Numbered from the stretch's first letter, positions 1 through 10,660 are shown. The stretch is DNA of 64,000 nt from Candidatus Latescibacterota bacterium (GCA_965243025.1 CBDETY010000003.1:576001-640000), one strand, 5' to 3'. The notes: a model not told the origin generated them from the sequence alone. Program-made: numbers and translations.

Positions 1-834
1 CTGCACCTCCACCGTCATCGGCACCTCCTCGACCGGCAGGCCGTTCTCCCGCGCCCACTCCTTCAACGTGTCTGGCAGGGCTTCCCCGGGGAAGCCGCCC
101 AGCAACTGCTGTTCCACCGGGCCGGCCGCCCCGGCGAGTCCGGCGTCCGGCAGGCGCAGGCTTGGATCGACGCGCATCCAGCGGTAGGAGTACCCGTAGA
201 TGACGACCTTGGAGACGCGGCCGGCGGTGTTGGGGGCGACGCTGTGGAAGGTGCGGTTCTCGAACAGCACCGCGTCTCCCGCCCTCGGGGTCAGCTCGAT
301 CATCGACGGCGGATCGACCTCCCCCTCGGGAATGCCGAGGGGCTCCTGGAGCCGGTGGCTGCCGCGCGCGAACATGGTGATGCCGCAGCGGGGCGCCGGG
401 AAGTCGGTGAGGCAGTAGCAGACCTTGACGCCGGCGCGCACCTGTCCGGCGTGGCCGAGGTCCGGGGTCAGCCCGATGTCGCGGTGCCAGGTCCGCAGGC
501 CGTTGTCCTCGCCTTCGGGATCCTTGTAGACGACCGCGGCGGTGTGCAGGTGGATGTTCGGGCTGAGGAGCTGGACGATGTAGGGCAGCCCCGGGGAGTG
601 GGCGAGCAGCGGGCGCAGTCCCGGTTCCTGGACGACGCTGTCCCGCAGCTGCAGGTAGGCGCTGCCCGGGTCGGGCTTCTGGCGGAAGCGGCCGGCCCGG
701 AAGTCGGCTATCAGGCGGTCGCACGCTTCGGTAGAGCGCGCGATCTCGGCTTCGCTCAGCACCCCCGGAACATGGAGGTACCCGTCGCGCTCGAAGGATC
801 CGCGCCGGTCTTCGGAAAGGAAAGCCATATCCAT
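1..834 (-). CDS. Phytanoyl-CoA dioxygenase (PhyH) family protein, 3' end runs off the window
   Basis: Manual translation: MDMAFLSEDRRGSFERDGYLHVPGVLS..., HxD motif LRTWHRDIG, ...RGSHR...; start at 834 or 828. Confidence 0.85.
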   Translation of the reverse strand, partial: MDMAFLSEDRRGSFERDGYLHVPGVLSEAEIARSTEACDRLIADFRAGRFRQKPDPGSAYLQLRDSVVQEPGLRPLLAHSPGLPYIVQLLSPNIHLHTAAVVYKDPEGEDNGLRTWHRDIGLTPDLGHAGQVRAGVKVCYCLTDFPAPRCGITMFARGSHRLQEPLGIPEGEVDPPSMIELTPRAGDAVLFENRTFHSVAPNTAGRVSKVVIYGYSYRWMRVDPSLRLPDAGLAGAAGPVEQQLLGGFPGEALPDTLKEWARENGLPVEEVPMTVEVQ

Positions 835-942
835 CGGAGTTCAATCCTTTCGAGGTTGCCTGCAACCTGCCGGGTGGCAAGATTCGGACCGAATGCCGAA
901 AGCTCAAGTCAGCGAAAACATCCGCACATGAAAGGAAGGGAA

Positions 943-1731
943 ATGATCGATACCCTGCTCATCGGGGGTAAGGGCCGGATCGGTTCCGGGCTGCGAACGT
1001 GGCTGCCGCGGCTCGACCCGGACTACGAGACCGCCTCCGTCGACCTGCCGGGTGCGCCGGACCATGCGCAGGAGGCGTCGGCGCAGGGCAAGCTCGTCGA
1101 AATGGACGTCTGCGCCGATCCTGACGGTCTGCGCGGCCTGCTGGAGGGGCGGGATCTCGTCGTCTACCTCGCCCGCAAGAGTCCGCTGCGGGCGATGAAC
1201 GCGATGACGGACCTGGTCTTCGAGTCGGTGCGCGAGGTCTGTCCGCAGGCGCTGCTCATCGGCTCGAGCTCGGTGCATTCGGTGGACCGCGCCTACTGGC
1301 CGTTCGACCGGGAGCCGTACGCGACGCTGGCGGCGCGGCGCTTCGACCGGCTGGAGTCGCCGCCCGAGCCGATTTCGGCGCTGATGGAGGCCTGCCCCGC
1401 CGGCGACTACGGGGAGGAGAAGGCGTACGTCGAGCGCTGGGCCGAGCGTTTCGCAGCCGATGGGCTGGCCGCGGTCGCCACGAGGTGGGGGGGCGTCAAC
1501 ATTCACAACCGGATGGTCGAGGAGATCGGGTACTTCGCGGTCTGGTGCCACCAGGAGGATGCGGCGCGCATGGTCGACAGCTGTTTCAAGACCCACCGGG
1601 ACGGCAGGCTGCGCAGCGGCGCCCACTACTTCGTCATTTCCGGCAACAGGCACAACATCTTCGACATCGAGACGCCGCGGCGCGAGGTCGGGTACGCGCC
1701 GGTCCACGACTCCGAGGTCTTCTTCGAGTAG
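943..1731 (+). CDS. NAD-dependent epimerase/dehydratase (extended SDR)
   Basis: ATG at 943 after AGGAAGG; Rossmann motif LLIGGKGRIGS, SSSVH, YGEEK (YxxxK). Confidence 0.75.
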   Translation: MIDTLLIGGKGRIGSGLRTWLPRLDPDYETASVDLPGAPDHAQEASAQGKLVEMDVCADPDGLRGLLEGRDLVVYLARKSPLRAMNAMTDLVFESVREVCPQALLIGSSSVHSVDRAYWPFDREPYATLAARRFDRLESPPEPISALMEACPAGDYGEEKAYVERWAERFAADGLAAVATRWGGVNIHNRMVEEIGYFAVWCHQEDAARMVDSCFKTHRDGRLRSGAHYFVISGNRHNIFDIETPRREVGYAPVHDSEVFFE

Positions 1732-1741
1732 CCGGTCCTGT

Positions 1742-4402
1742 TCAACGGTTCAACAGCTCGTAAAGCAGGTCGCCGTAGTAGGCGGCCGTCCACTCCAGGG
1801 GGTTGATCCGCAGCGCTCGCCCATAGGCGTGGAGGGCTTCCCGCCGCTGCTTGCGGAATCGCAGCACGTCTCCCTCGATGACCGACTCCCTTGCCCTGAA
1901 CCAGACAGCGAGGGTGTCGCCGCGGCCCGGGGTCCAGGCGGGGTCGGCCCGGTCGAGCCAGGGGAGGAGTTCGACGGGGCGGCGCGCGATCTCGCGGGCG
2001 AGATCCACGAGCACCATCCAGGTCCTGGCATGAAATCCGCGCGGTCCGACGAAGCTCAGGTGGGGATGATCGTCGGTGTTGAGGGGCCCCTCCCCGACGT
2101 ACCGCCGAAAGGCGTCCGAACCGAAGAAGAAACAGCCGAGGACGGCGAAGGGGAGGTCGAGGTCGACTTCCTCGAGGCTCTCCCGCACACGGGGGGAGGC
2201 GTATTTCTCCCGAAGCCGGCTGTAGGAGATCGACAGGGGGTCGAGGGTCCCCACCATGATCGCGTAGTTGTTGGTGCGCCACAGGCTGGCGTGCGGGAAG
2301 ACGGACTGGAAGGTCCGCAGGATGGTCTTGAAGTCCGCGACCGGAAGTCCGTGGAACGGCAGCCACTGCACGAGGATGCCGCCCGGTTTCAGGCGCGACC
2401 TGCACAGCTCGTAGAACTCCCGCGTGTAGAGCAGCCAGCTGTCGGTGCTGGTGGGATGGGTCGCGTCCCCGGTGATGACGTCGTAGCGCCCTCCTGTCCG
2501 CAGCATGAAGTTGCGGCCGTCGTCGACGATCAGCTCGATCGGGTAATCTCCGAGGCGCTCGAGGATCCGGTGGTTGTAGGGTCCGAACTCCTGGCGCGCC
2601 GCCTCGACGACTTCGGGCACGAGCTCGACGCACTGGATGCGGTCGGCGTCGTGCTGCGCGACCGCCCCCAGGGCGATGCCGCCGCCGAGGGCCACGACGA
2701 GGACGTCGCGGGGGTCGGGATGCAGCAGCATCGGCAGGTGTCCGAGCAGGCGGAAGAGCTGGAAGGAACCGTACTCGGAGGGGACCTGTCCGCCGCCGTT
2801 GAGAAGCATCTTGCGGTAACCGTCCCGCTTGCCGGTGACGGTGATGATCCCCTCGGCCCCTTCCTCGTAGTAGAGCAGGCTGGACCCGGGCTGCGACGGA
2901 CGGGACAGCTCCCTCATCACTTCCCCGGGAGAAGCGAGGATCACCGCGGCTGCGGCGGCCGCGGCCAGGGCCAGGGTTCCCAGCTTGCGGCCCGGCCGAA
3001 GCAGGGGATTGACGGCGATGACCGCGATCCCGACCAGCACGTTGAGGACGCCGAGGAGGCGGAAGGTGCCCTCGGTGCCGAAGAGGGGGATCAGCAGGAG
3101 GCCGGCGGCGAGGGAGCCGGCGAACGCGCCGAGGCTGTTGGCGGCGTTGACGTCGCCGACGCCGCGGCCGACCTGCCGGAAGCTCCGGGTCCAGATGCGG
3201 CTCACCACCGGGAAGGAGGCGCCCATCAGCAGGGTCGGAACCAGCATGATGCCGAAGGACATGGCGAAGATGCCCCCCCGGTAACGCCACCAGGTGCTCG
3301 CCCCCTGGATCTCGCCGACCCAGCCCGAGGCAGCGGCGAAGAGGGCGACCGAGGCGATCCCCATGAGGCCGACGGCGATCTGGAAGCCCCCGAACATCGA
3401 CAGCAGGTCGCGGCGCCTGTCGAGAAGGAGGCCGCAGAGGAAGCTTCCGAGGCTGAGGCCGAGCAGGAAGGCCATCAGCACGATGCTGAACTCGTAGTGG
3501 GTGTTGGCGGAGAAGGCGACGATGAACAGGCGCACCCAGGCGACCTCGTAGGCGAGGGCTGCGAACCCCTGGAGGGCGAAGCCGATCAGGACCGCCTTCA
3601 GCGCCAGGGGGGGCAGGGGGAGGACCTCGGCGGCCTCTGGCGGTCGGGGCTGGGGCGCCGGCTCGGGAACCCCTGTCCGGCTCTCCCCTGGAGGGGTCTC
3701 CGGCGCCGGGTCGGAGGCAAGTTCCCGGCTGTCCGCGGCCTCCTCCGCCCCGGGGCCCCGGAGGACGCCGCGCCCGATCAGGCAGGCCAGCGACGCCACG
3801 AGCAGGTTGACCACGCCGACGGCGTAGCTGCTGCCGCGCAGGCCGAGCTCCTCCATCAGGTAGAAGGTGACGCCGGCGACCCCGGCGACGGCGCCGAGGG
3901 TGTTGGCGGCGTACAGCAGGCCGACGCCGCTGCCGAGGCGGCTGAAGCGCCGCACCGCCGACCTCGAGATCACCGGAAGCGTCGCTCCCATGGCCGCGGT
4001 CGGGACCAGCAGCAGCCCGAAGGCGAGGGCGAAGCGGACCGCGGCGAAGGCGGCCGGGTGGCGCCCGGTCCAGTCGGCCTCCGCCAGCCATCCGCTCGCC
4101 CCCAGCAGATGGGGGAACAGGAAGGCGAAGAGGCCGATCCCGGCCTCGAGGGCGGCGAACACGAACAGGGGCCTGCGCACCCGGTCGATCCGGCGTCCGA
4201 AGCAGAAGCTGCCGATGGCGAGGCCTGCCATGAAGGCGCTCAGCACCGTGCTCACCGCCGGGAGGGTGGCGCCGAATACGACGATCAGCATGCGCGCCCA
4301 CAGGACCTGGTAGACCAGCCCGCAGGCGCCCGACAGCAGGAAGAGGGCCGGCAGCCCCCATGCCGCCGGGGCGGAGCCGGTGCGGTTGTCCGGTGCGTCC
4401 AC
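1742..4402 (-). CDS. Fused MFS-like membrane domain/spermidine synthase-like protein
   Basis: Two hydrophobic repeats (LFLLSGACGLVYQVLWARML; GFAALAYEVAWVR), then a SAM-binding domain (VVALGGGI, CVELVPEV, DDGRNF, YDVITGD, LYTREFY) and a TPR-like tail. Confidence 0.88.
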   Translation of the reverse strand: MDAPDNRTGSAPAAWGLPALFLLSGACGLVYQVLWARMLIVVFGATLPAVSTVLSAFMAGLAIGSFCFGRRIDRVRRPLFVFAALEAGIGLFAFLFPHLLGASGWLAEADWTGRHPAAFAAVRFALAFGLLLVPTAAMGATLPVISRSAVRRFSRLGSGVGLLYAANTLGAVAGVAGVTFYLMEELGLRGSSYAVGVVNLLVASLACLIGRGVLRGPGAEEAADSRELASDPAPETPPGESRTGVPEPAPQPRPPEAAEVLPLPPLALKAVLIGFALQGFAALAYEVAWVRLFIVAFSANTHYEFSIVLMAFLLGLSLGSFLCGLLLDRRRDLLSMFGGFQIAVGLMGIASVALFAAASGWVGEIQGASTWWRYRGGIFAMSFGIMLVPTLLMGASFPVVSRIWTRSFRQVGRGVGDVNAANSLGAFAGSLAAGLLLIPLFGTEGTFRLLGVLNVLVGIAVIAVNPLLRPGRKLGTLALAAAAAAAVILASPGEVMRELSRPSQPGSSLLYYEEGAEGIITVTGKRDGYRKMLLNGGGQVPSEYGSFQLFRLLGHLPMLLHPDPRDVLVVALGGGIALGAVAQHDADRIQCVELVPEVVEAARQEFGPYNHRILERLGDYPIELIVDDGRNFMLRTGGRYDVITGDATHPTSTDSWLLYTREFYELCRSRLKPGGILVQWLPFHGLPVADFKTILRTFQSVFPHASLWRTNNYAIMVGTLDPLSISYSRLREKYASPRVRESLEEVDLDLPFAVLGCFFFGSDAFRRYVGEGPLNTDDHPHLSFVGPRGFHARTWMVLVDLAREIARRPVELLPWLDRADPAWTPGRGDTLAVWFRARESVIEGDVLRFRKQRREALHAYGRALRINPLEWTAAYYGDLLYELLNR

Positions 4403-4462
4403 GGGAATTCCGTTGTCCTTACGCCCGGGAGGCGGTTTCGGGGGCCGCGCCCATCACCCCGT

Positions 4463-6382
4463 TCACCAGCGGGTGACGTCCCCGATCATGCCGGTGAAAT
4501 AGTCGACGATCATCCAGCCCCCGTGGCTGGTCACCTGCCCGAGGACCATGCCGAGGAACAGCGGCCTCAGCCTGCGGTAGAGGGCCGAGCCGCCGTAGCG
4601 CAGGATGACGAGCTTGAGAAGCCAGGCGATGAACATGCTCGACCAGGCGAAGAACATCATGTAGGTGCCGCCGACCGGAAACCCGATCGGGTGCAGGGGC
4701 CACCACAGGAAGCGGTGCCGGAGCCAGGTCAGGGCGAGCATCGCCGCGGCGCCGGCCGCGGTGAAGGCGCCGCGCGGGCCGAAGAAATTCCAGTCGTCGA
4801 CCGGTGTCGAGATCGCGGTGGCGACATTGCGGAACGACCAGTCGCCCATGATGTGGTAGAACCAGTAGTGCAGGTTGATGCCGCCGTACTCGTAGGCGAT
4901 GGCGATGACGGTCCAGGCGGAGCTCGCCAGGCTGACGGCGATGGCGAGCATGATCGACCAGAACAGGACCGGGCCGCGAACCCCGGCGAGCTCGGCGAGG
5001 CGGGCGCCGTTGGCGACAGCGGCCATCAGGCTGATCTTGATGTCTCCCGCCCAGCCGTTGCACAACCCGAGCACGGTCAGTCCCTGGGCGCCGATCGGCC
5101 CGTTGCCGAACGCCATGGTGGTGAACGCCGTCGGCGTCATCTGCGCGCGCCCGTACCCCATCCCCCCTTCGGCGACGATCTTGGTCAGCCCGAAGAAGAC
5201 TACGAAGGAGATGCCCATCAGGAACCCGGCGACGATGAGAGGAAGCCCCGCCTGGTTGAGGAACAGGACCGTGTAGGCCGTCGCCGCCAGCAGCAGCCAG
5301 ACCGCGGTGCGGTGTCTGAGCAGCCCGTTTCCGCCCTCCTCGTCTCCCCGGGAGAAGGCGGCGCGAAACCCGGTTTTCAGGTGTCCCCTCGCGGTCCACA
5401 GGGCTACCGCGACGAGGGCGATCATTGCGCCCATGGCCTGCTGGGCGGTGGCGATGGAGCCCTCCGTGTGCATCAGGCGCAGCTCCGGCACCGAGTAGCC
5501 CAGCCGCGCGAACAGGGCGAGCTCGACGTAGTAGAACAGGTAGAAGAACCACAGGCTGAAGGAGATCTCCAGGCTGAGGAAATAGGTCAGGCCGATGACG
5601 ATGAACCAGATGCTGAACAGCAGGTGGCGGACCTCGGGGAGGATCTCCACCGTCGTCGACAGGGCGATCCCCGAAAGGCCGCCGGAGTAGCGGCTCAGGG
5701 CGTTGATGCCGAGCAGCACCATCGGAATGGAGAAGCCGATCCACATCGTCGAGTTTTTCAGGAACGGGTTGATCCTTCCGCCGTCCTCCTGCACCATGTC
5801 GGCCGGCAGTTGCACCAGCGGGTAGATCAGGCGCTCGTGGTGCGCCCACTGCCGGTGCATGAGCGCCACCATCGAGATCATCATCAGGTACAGGGCCAGG
5901 GCGAAGGAGCCCCAGGCGGCCAGGGGGACGAACCAGGCGTCCCAGGGGATGGGATGGCCTTTCGGCAGCCCCTCGAAGAAGTAGAAGACGGCGAGATCGT
6001 CCTGCGGCACCAGCCAGGACTTCAGGTGCGGGTGAATGAGGTCGGCCCAGCCGTTCTCCGGGGTCGCGTAGTAGAAGACCTCGGCGAGAAAGGGGATCAG
6101 CTGCGCGGTCAGGCCGACCGTGGGAATGGCGGTGGCGACGATCATCATCGTGTAGACGAGGACGAGCTCCCGCGACGACAGCGCCCACTGCCGGCGCACC
6201 AGGACCAGCGGGGTGTTGTAGACCAGGATCAGGAGAAAGAGCAGCAGGATCGCCCCGCCGGAGATGAAGTCGCCGGTCCAGTTGAAGGTGCCCATGGCGA
6301 GGACCCCGTACGACATGACGACGTTGATCACCAGGCACATCAGGATGCCGATGAGCAGGGCTTTGACGGGAACTCGTTTCAC
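4463..6382 (-). CDS. DUF6785/DUF6784 polytopic membrane protein (putative peptide transporter-like)
   Basis: Many TM helices, ERLIYPLVQLP, C-terminal WWPLHPIG...LRYGG...RPLFLG; probable GTG start at 6382 (ORF open to 6478). Confidence 0.75.
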   Translation of the reverse strand: MKRVPVKALLIGILMCLVINVVMSYGVLAMGTFNWTGDFISGGAILLLFLLILVYNTPLVLVRRQWALSSRELVLVYTMMIVATAIPTVGLTAQLIPFLAEVFYYATPENGWADLIHPHLKSWLVPQDDLAVFYFFEGLPKGHPIPWDAWFVPLAAWGSFALALYLMMISMVALMHRQWAHHERLIYPLVQLPADMVQEDGGRINPFLKNSTMWIGFSIPMVLLGINALSRYSGGLSGIALSTTVEILPEVRHLLFSIWFIVIGLTYFLSLEISFSLWFFYLFYYVELALFARLGYSVPELRLMHTEGSIATAQQAMGAMIALVAVALWTARGHLKTGFRAAFSRGDEEGGNGLLRHRTAVWLLLAATAYTVLFLNQAGLPLIVAGFLMGISFVVFFGLTKIVAEGGMGYGRAQMTPTAFTTMAFGNGPIGAQGLTVLGLCNGWAGDIKISLMAAVANGARLAELAGVRGPVLFWSIMLAIAVSLASSAWTVIAIAYEYGGINLHYWFYHIMGDWSFRNVATAISTPVDDWNFFGPRGAFTAAGAAAMLALTWLRHRFLWWPLHPIGFPVGGTYMMFFAWSSMFIAWLLKLVILRYGGSALYRRLRPLFLGMVLGQVTSHGGWMIVDYFTGMIGDVTRW

Positions 6383-6433
6383 CGCGGGCGGTCCGCCGTG
6401 GGGCGGGGTTTGTAACGGAGGCGGGCGGGGAGT

Positions 6434-7396
6434 ATGCTTGCCGGCCGATCGAGGAATGCCGGGGAAACTCGGCGACATGCGCGGGAAAGGAAAGTGGGAA
6501 TCGCCAGGCGCCGGGTTCTATTGGGGGCATCGATACTGATCGGCCTGTGCCTGCTGGCGCTGCTGGCCGCCCGGGTCCACCGGCCGCAGCCGTCGCCCGG
6601 ACACCCTTACTTTGCGGGGGCCGGGTTTCTCGTCGTCGCCCACCGCGGCGGCAGGGGGATGGGTCCCGAGAACACCCTGCCGCTGTTCAGGGAGGCGGTG
6701 AAGGCCGGGGCGGACGTCCTCGAGATGGACGTGCGCCTCAGCCTCGACGGGGTGCTGGTCGTCCATCACGACCGCACCGTGCGCCGCACCACCGGCGCCT
6801 CCGGCCGCGTCGACTCGCTGACCGCCGCCCGGCTGCAGGCCCTCGACGCCGGCTTCGGCTGGAGCCGCGACGGCATGAGCCACCCGTTCCGCGGCAAGGG
6901 GTACCGGATCCCGCGGCTCGCCGAGGTGCTGCGCGCCTTCCCCGGGCAGCGCATGCTGATCGAGCTCAAGCCGCGGCGGCGGCTCGCCGCCGAGGCCCTG
7001 TGCGGGGAGATCCGCGGCGCCGGGATGCAGGACCGGGTGGCGGTGGCCGGCTTCGACGGAGAGACGTTGGGCGCCTTCCGCGGCATCTGCCCGGAGGTCG
7101 CCACCTCCGCCGCCGGCGGGGAGGTGGTCGCCTGGAAGGTTTCGCACCTTCTCGGGCTCGGCAACTTCTACACCCCGGAGTTCGAGCTGTTCGCGGTGCC
7201 GGAACGGGCCGGGCCCCTGCGGATCGTCGACCGCGGCTTCGCCTCCCGGGCCCGGGAACGCAACCTGCCGGTGCAGGTCTGGACCGTAAACGAAACCGGA
7301 GACATGGAGCGGCTGATCGACCTCGGGGCGACCGGCATTCTGACCGACCGCCCGGTACGGCTGCTCGGGCTGCTCCGCGAGAAGGGACTGAGATGA
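6434..7396 (+). CDS. Glycerophosphodiester phosphodiesterase (GDPD) with N-terminal membrane anchor
   Basis: VVAHRGG, PENT, LEMDV, VVHHD, IELK, WTVNE, GILTD motifs; exact start uncertain. Confidence 0.9.
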   Translation: MLAGRSRNAGETRRHARERKVGIARRRVLLGASILIGLCLLALLAARVHRPQPSPGHPYFAGAGFLVVAHRGGRGMGPENTLPLFREAVKAGADVLEMDVRLSLDGVLVVHHDRTVRRTTGASGRVDSLTAARLQALDAGFGWSRDGMSHPFRGKGYRIPRLAEVLRAFPGQRMLIELKPRRRLAAEALCGEIRGAGMQDRVAVAGFDGETLGAFRGICPEVATSAAGGEVVAWKVSHLLGLGNFYTPEFELFAVPERAGPLRIVDRGFASRARERNLPVQVWTVNETGDMERLIDLGATGILTDRPVRLLGLLREKGLR

Positions 7397-8100
7397 AGGA
7401 CGAAGTGCTGGCCGCCAGCGGCCTGACCAAGACCTACCGGAGCGGCAACCGCGACCTGACGGTGCTGAGCGACGTCAGCTTCTCGGTGCCGCGCGGCTCA
7501 ACCTGCGCCGTGGTCGGCCCCTCCGGGAGCGGCAAGACCACCCTGCTCGGGCTGTGCGCCGGCCTCGACCGCGCCTCCTCGGGATCGGTGGTGCTCGACG
7601 GCATGGCCCTCGACGAGCTCGACGAAGACCGGCGCGCCCGCCTGCGCAGCGAGAAGGTCGGGTTCGTGTTCCAGACCTTTCAGCTGGTGCCGACCCTGAC
7701 GGCGCTCGAGAACGTGTCGGTGCCGCTCGAGCTGCGGGGGGAGAAGGGGGTGGAGGCGCAGGCGCGGGAGCTGCTCGAGCGCGTCGGGCTCGGCGACCGT
7801 ACCGGCCACTACCCGGCGCAACTGTCGGGAGGAGAGCAGCAGCGGGCCGGGCTTGCGCGCGCCTTCATCAACCGCCCGCGGATCCTGTTCGCCGACGAGC
7901 CGACCGGCAATCTCGACACCGAGACCGGCGGGGTGGTCGCCGACCTGATGTTCAACCTCAACGAGGAGGCGGGCACGGCGCTGGTGCTGGTGACCCACGA
8001 CATCGAGCTGGCGCGGCGGGCGGGGCGCATCATCCGCCTGCACGGGGGCCGCGTCGCCGAGGACTCGGGGGGCCCCGGGGAGGAAGGGGTTACCGCATGA
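7393..8100 (+). CDS. ybbA: ABC transporter ATP-binding protein, YbbA/LolD-like
   Basis: Walker A GPSGSGKT, LSGGEQQR, ADEPTGNLD; ATGA overlap with GDPD stop. Confidence 0.9.
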   Translation: MKDEVLAASGLTKTYRSGNRDLTVLSDVSFSVPRGSTCAVVGPSGSGKTTLLGLCAGLDRASSGSVVLDGMALDELDEDRRARLRSEKVGFVFQTFQLVPTLTALENVSVPLELRGEKGVEAQARELLERVGLGDRTGHYPAQLSGGEQQRAGLARAFINRPRILFADEPTGNLDTETGGVVADLMFNLNEEAGTALVLVTHDIELARRAGRIIRLHGGRVAEDSGGPGEEGVTA

Positions 8101-10631
8101 CGGGTTGGGTCCTGCGCATGGCCTGGCGGGACAGCCGCGGCCGCCGCGGCCGGCTGTTCCTGCACACCGTTTCCATCGCCGTCGGGATCGCCGCCCTGAC
8201 CGGGCTGCGCGGTCTCTCGCGCACCATGGAGGAGAACGTCGACGAGCAGGCCGCGGCCCTGATGGGAGCCGACGTCGAGATCGAGAGCGCCGCCCCTTTC
8301 GAGGGGGAGCTGCGGGGGATCGTCGATTCGCTCGCCGCCCTCGGCGGCCGCATTGCGGAGGAGGCGGAGATGAACTCGATGGTCCTGTTCCCGGCCTCCG
8401 GGGGCAGCCGCCTCGCCCGGGTGCGCGCCCTGCGGGGGGGATTCCCGTTCTACGGGGAGCTCGGCGCCGACCCCCCCGAAGCAGCGGCCTCCTGGCAGGC
8501 GGCGGGCATGGCCCTGGTCGACGACGGCCTGATGCTGCAGTACGGCGTCGACGTCGGGGACACCATCCGCGTCGGCCGCGTGAGCCTGGCCATCGCCGGC
8601 CGGCTGCTGAACCTGCCCGGGGAGACGGCGTTCCGCAGCGACCTGCAGCCTGTCGTCTTCATGCCGCTGGACCGCCTCGGGCAGACCGGGCTGATACAGC
8701 GGGGGAGCCGGGTGCGCTACCGCGTCCACTTCGAGCTGCCGGAGGAAACCGACGCGGCGGCCCTGGCAGCCTCCCTCGACGAACGGCTCGAGCGCCTCGA
8801 CGCCGAAATCGAGACGGTGGAGGACCACAAGCGGCGCCTGGGGCGCACCCTGCGCAACCTCTACCGCTTCCTCGGCCTCGGCAGCTTCGTCGCCCTGCTG
8901 CTCGGGGCGGTCGGGGTCGCCAGCGCCGTCCACGCCCACGTCGAGCAGAAGCTGGAGACCGTCGCCGTCCTGCGCAGCCTCGGGGCCGCCTCCGGGGCGG
9001 CGCTGCGCATCTACCTCGTGCAGGCCTTCGCCATGGGGCTGATCGGCTCCCTCGCCGGGGCCGCGGCCGGCACCGTCCTGCTCTGGCGGCTGCCCTCCCT
9101 GCTCGCCGATTTCCTCCCGAAAGAGCTGGGAGAGCTGCAGGCGGCGCCGTCGCTGCCGGCGCTGGCCGAGGGGGTGGCGGCCGGTTCGGCGATCTCCCTG
9201 CTGTTCGCCGCCCTGCCGCTGCTGGCGGTGCGCCGGGTGTCGCCGCTGCTGGCCCTGCGCGCCTCGTACGAGACCGAGCCGGGCACCGGCGACCGCCTCG
9301 TCCGCGCCCTGCTGCTCGCCCTGGCGGCCGGCGCCACCTTCCTGCTGGCCCGGGCCCTGGCCGGGCGTCCTGACCACGCCCTGTACTTCGCCGGCGGAAC
9401 CCTGGCGGCGCTGCTCCTGCTTGCGGGTTCGGCGCGCCTCCTGCGCGGCGCCCTCAGGCGCTGGCTGCCGTCGGGCTGCGGCTACCTGCTGCGCCAGGGC
9501 CTGGCCAACCTCTACCGCCCCCACAACCAGACCCTGCTGCTGCTGGCCAGCCTCGGCCTCGGCACCTTCCTCGTCGCCGCCCTCTACACCGCGCAGACCT
9601 CCATTCTCGGGCACGTCAACAGCGTCGCCGGGGGCCAGCGGCCGAACATGGTGCTGTTCGACATCCAGAGCGACCAGAAGGAAGCGGCCGCCGCCCTTGT
9701 GAGGGAGATAGGGATGCCGGTGATGCAGGAGGTTCCGGTGGTCGCCATGCGGCTGCGGGAGGTGAAGGACAAGACCGTGGAGGAGTTGCTGAGCGAGGGT
9801 CCGCGCGGGAGCCGCTGGGCCCTGGGCCGCGAGTACCGCGTCACCTACCGCGACACCCTCACCGGGACGGAGGTGATCGTCGCCGGACAGTGGCGGGGGT
9901 CGGCCGCGGACACCGTCTTCGTCTCCCTCGAGCGCAGGCTGGCCGAGGCCCTCGACGTGGACCTCGGTGACAGGCTGCTCTTCGACGTCCAGGGGGTTCC
10001 GGTCGAGGCCGTCGTCGGCAGCCTGCGGCAGGTCGAGTGGCAGCGCATCATGCCGAACTTCCTCGTCCTGTTCCCCGCCGGGGTCCTCGAGGAGGCGCCC
10101 CAGTTCCACGTCCTCGTTACCCGCTCAGGCGACGCCGAGACCCGCGCCGAGCTGCAGCTGCGGGCGGTCGGGGACTTCCCCAACGTGTCGGTCATCGACC
10201 TCGACCTGGTGCTGAGCACCGTCGACAAGGTGCTGGACAAGGTAGCGGTGGTGGTGCGCTTCGTCGCCCTGTTCAGCATCGCCACCGGGCTCGCGGTGCT
10301 GGCCGCCGTGGTTACCGGCAGCCGCTTCCAGCGCCTGCGGGAGAGCGCCCTGCTGCGCACCCTGGGAGCCAGCCGCGGCCAGGTCGGGCGCATCCTGCTG
10401 ATCGAGCACCTGCTCCTCGGCGGGCTCGCCGGACTGGTCGGGCTCGTGCTGGCGATGGCGGGGGGCTGGGCCCTGGCGACCTTCGTCTTCGAGGTGACCT
10501 ACGCCCCCTCGTGGCAGGCCCTGGGGTTCGCCCTGGTCGCCGTGCCGCTCTGCACTGTCCTGGCCGGGTTTATCGGCAGCCGCGGGGTCCACACGGCCAC
10601 GCCCCTCGAGGTCCTGCGGCAGGCCGACTGA
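8097..10631 (+). CDS. ybbP: ABC transporter permease, YbbP-like (double FtsX/MacB, type VII)
   Basis: MAWRDSR start, ALMGAD, FPFYG, LFDIQSDQ, LRTLGAS; ATGA overlap with ybbA. Confidence 0.88.
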   Translation: MTGWVLRMAWRDSRGRRGRLFLHTVSIAVGIAALTGLRGLSRTMEENVDEQAAALMGADVEIESAAPFEGELRGIVDSLAALGGRIAEEAEMNSMVLFPASGGSRLARVRALRGGFPFYGELGADPPEAAASWQAAGMALVDDGLMLQYGVDVGDTIRVGRVSLAIAGRLLNLPGETAFRSDLQPVVFMPLDRLGQTGLIQRGSRVRYRVHFELPEETDAAALAASLDERLERLDAEIETVEDHKRRLGRTLRNLYRFLGLGSFVALLLGAVGVASAVHAHVEQKLETVAVLRSLGAASGAALRIYLVQAFAMGLIGSLAGAAAGTVLLWRLPSLLADFLPKELGELQAAPSLPALAEGVAAGSAISLLFAALPLLAVRRVSPLLALRASYETEPGTGDRLVRALLLALAAGATFLLARALAGRPDHALYFAGGTLAALLLLAGSARLLRGALRRWLPSGCGYLLRQGLANLYRPHNQTLLLLASLGLGTFLVAALYTAQTSILGHVNSVAGGQRPNMVLFDIQSDQKEAAAALVREIGMPVMQEVPVVAMRLREVKDKTVEELLSEGPRGSRWALGREYRVTYRDTLTGTEVIVAGQWRGSAADTVFVSLERRLAEALDVDLGDRLLFDVQGVPVEAVVGSLRQVEWQRIMPNFLVLFPAGVLEEAPQFHVLVTRSGDAETRAELQLRAVGDFPNVSVIDLDLVLSTVDKVLDKVAVVVRFVALFSIATGLAVLAAVVTGSRFQRLRESALLRTLGASRGQVGRILLIEHLLLGGLAGLVGLVLAMAGGWALATFVFEVTYAPSWQALGFALVAVPLCTVLAGFIGSRGVHTATPLEVLRQAD

Positions 10632-10660
10632 CCCCTGATTTTCTGTATCAGTGGTGCATA

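Noticed and set aside
1460-6415. 1651-aa plus-strand ORF and similar long ORFs (e.g. 51336-54029, 44987-47389, 48044-50401)
   Set aside because: Antisense or alternative-frame shadows of well-supported genes in high-GC DNA, with no motifs.
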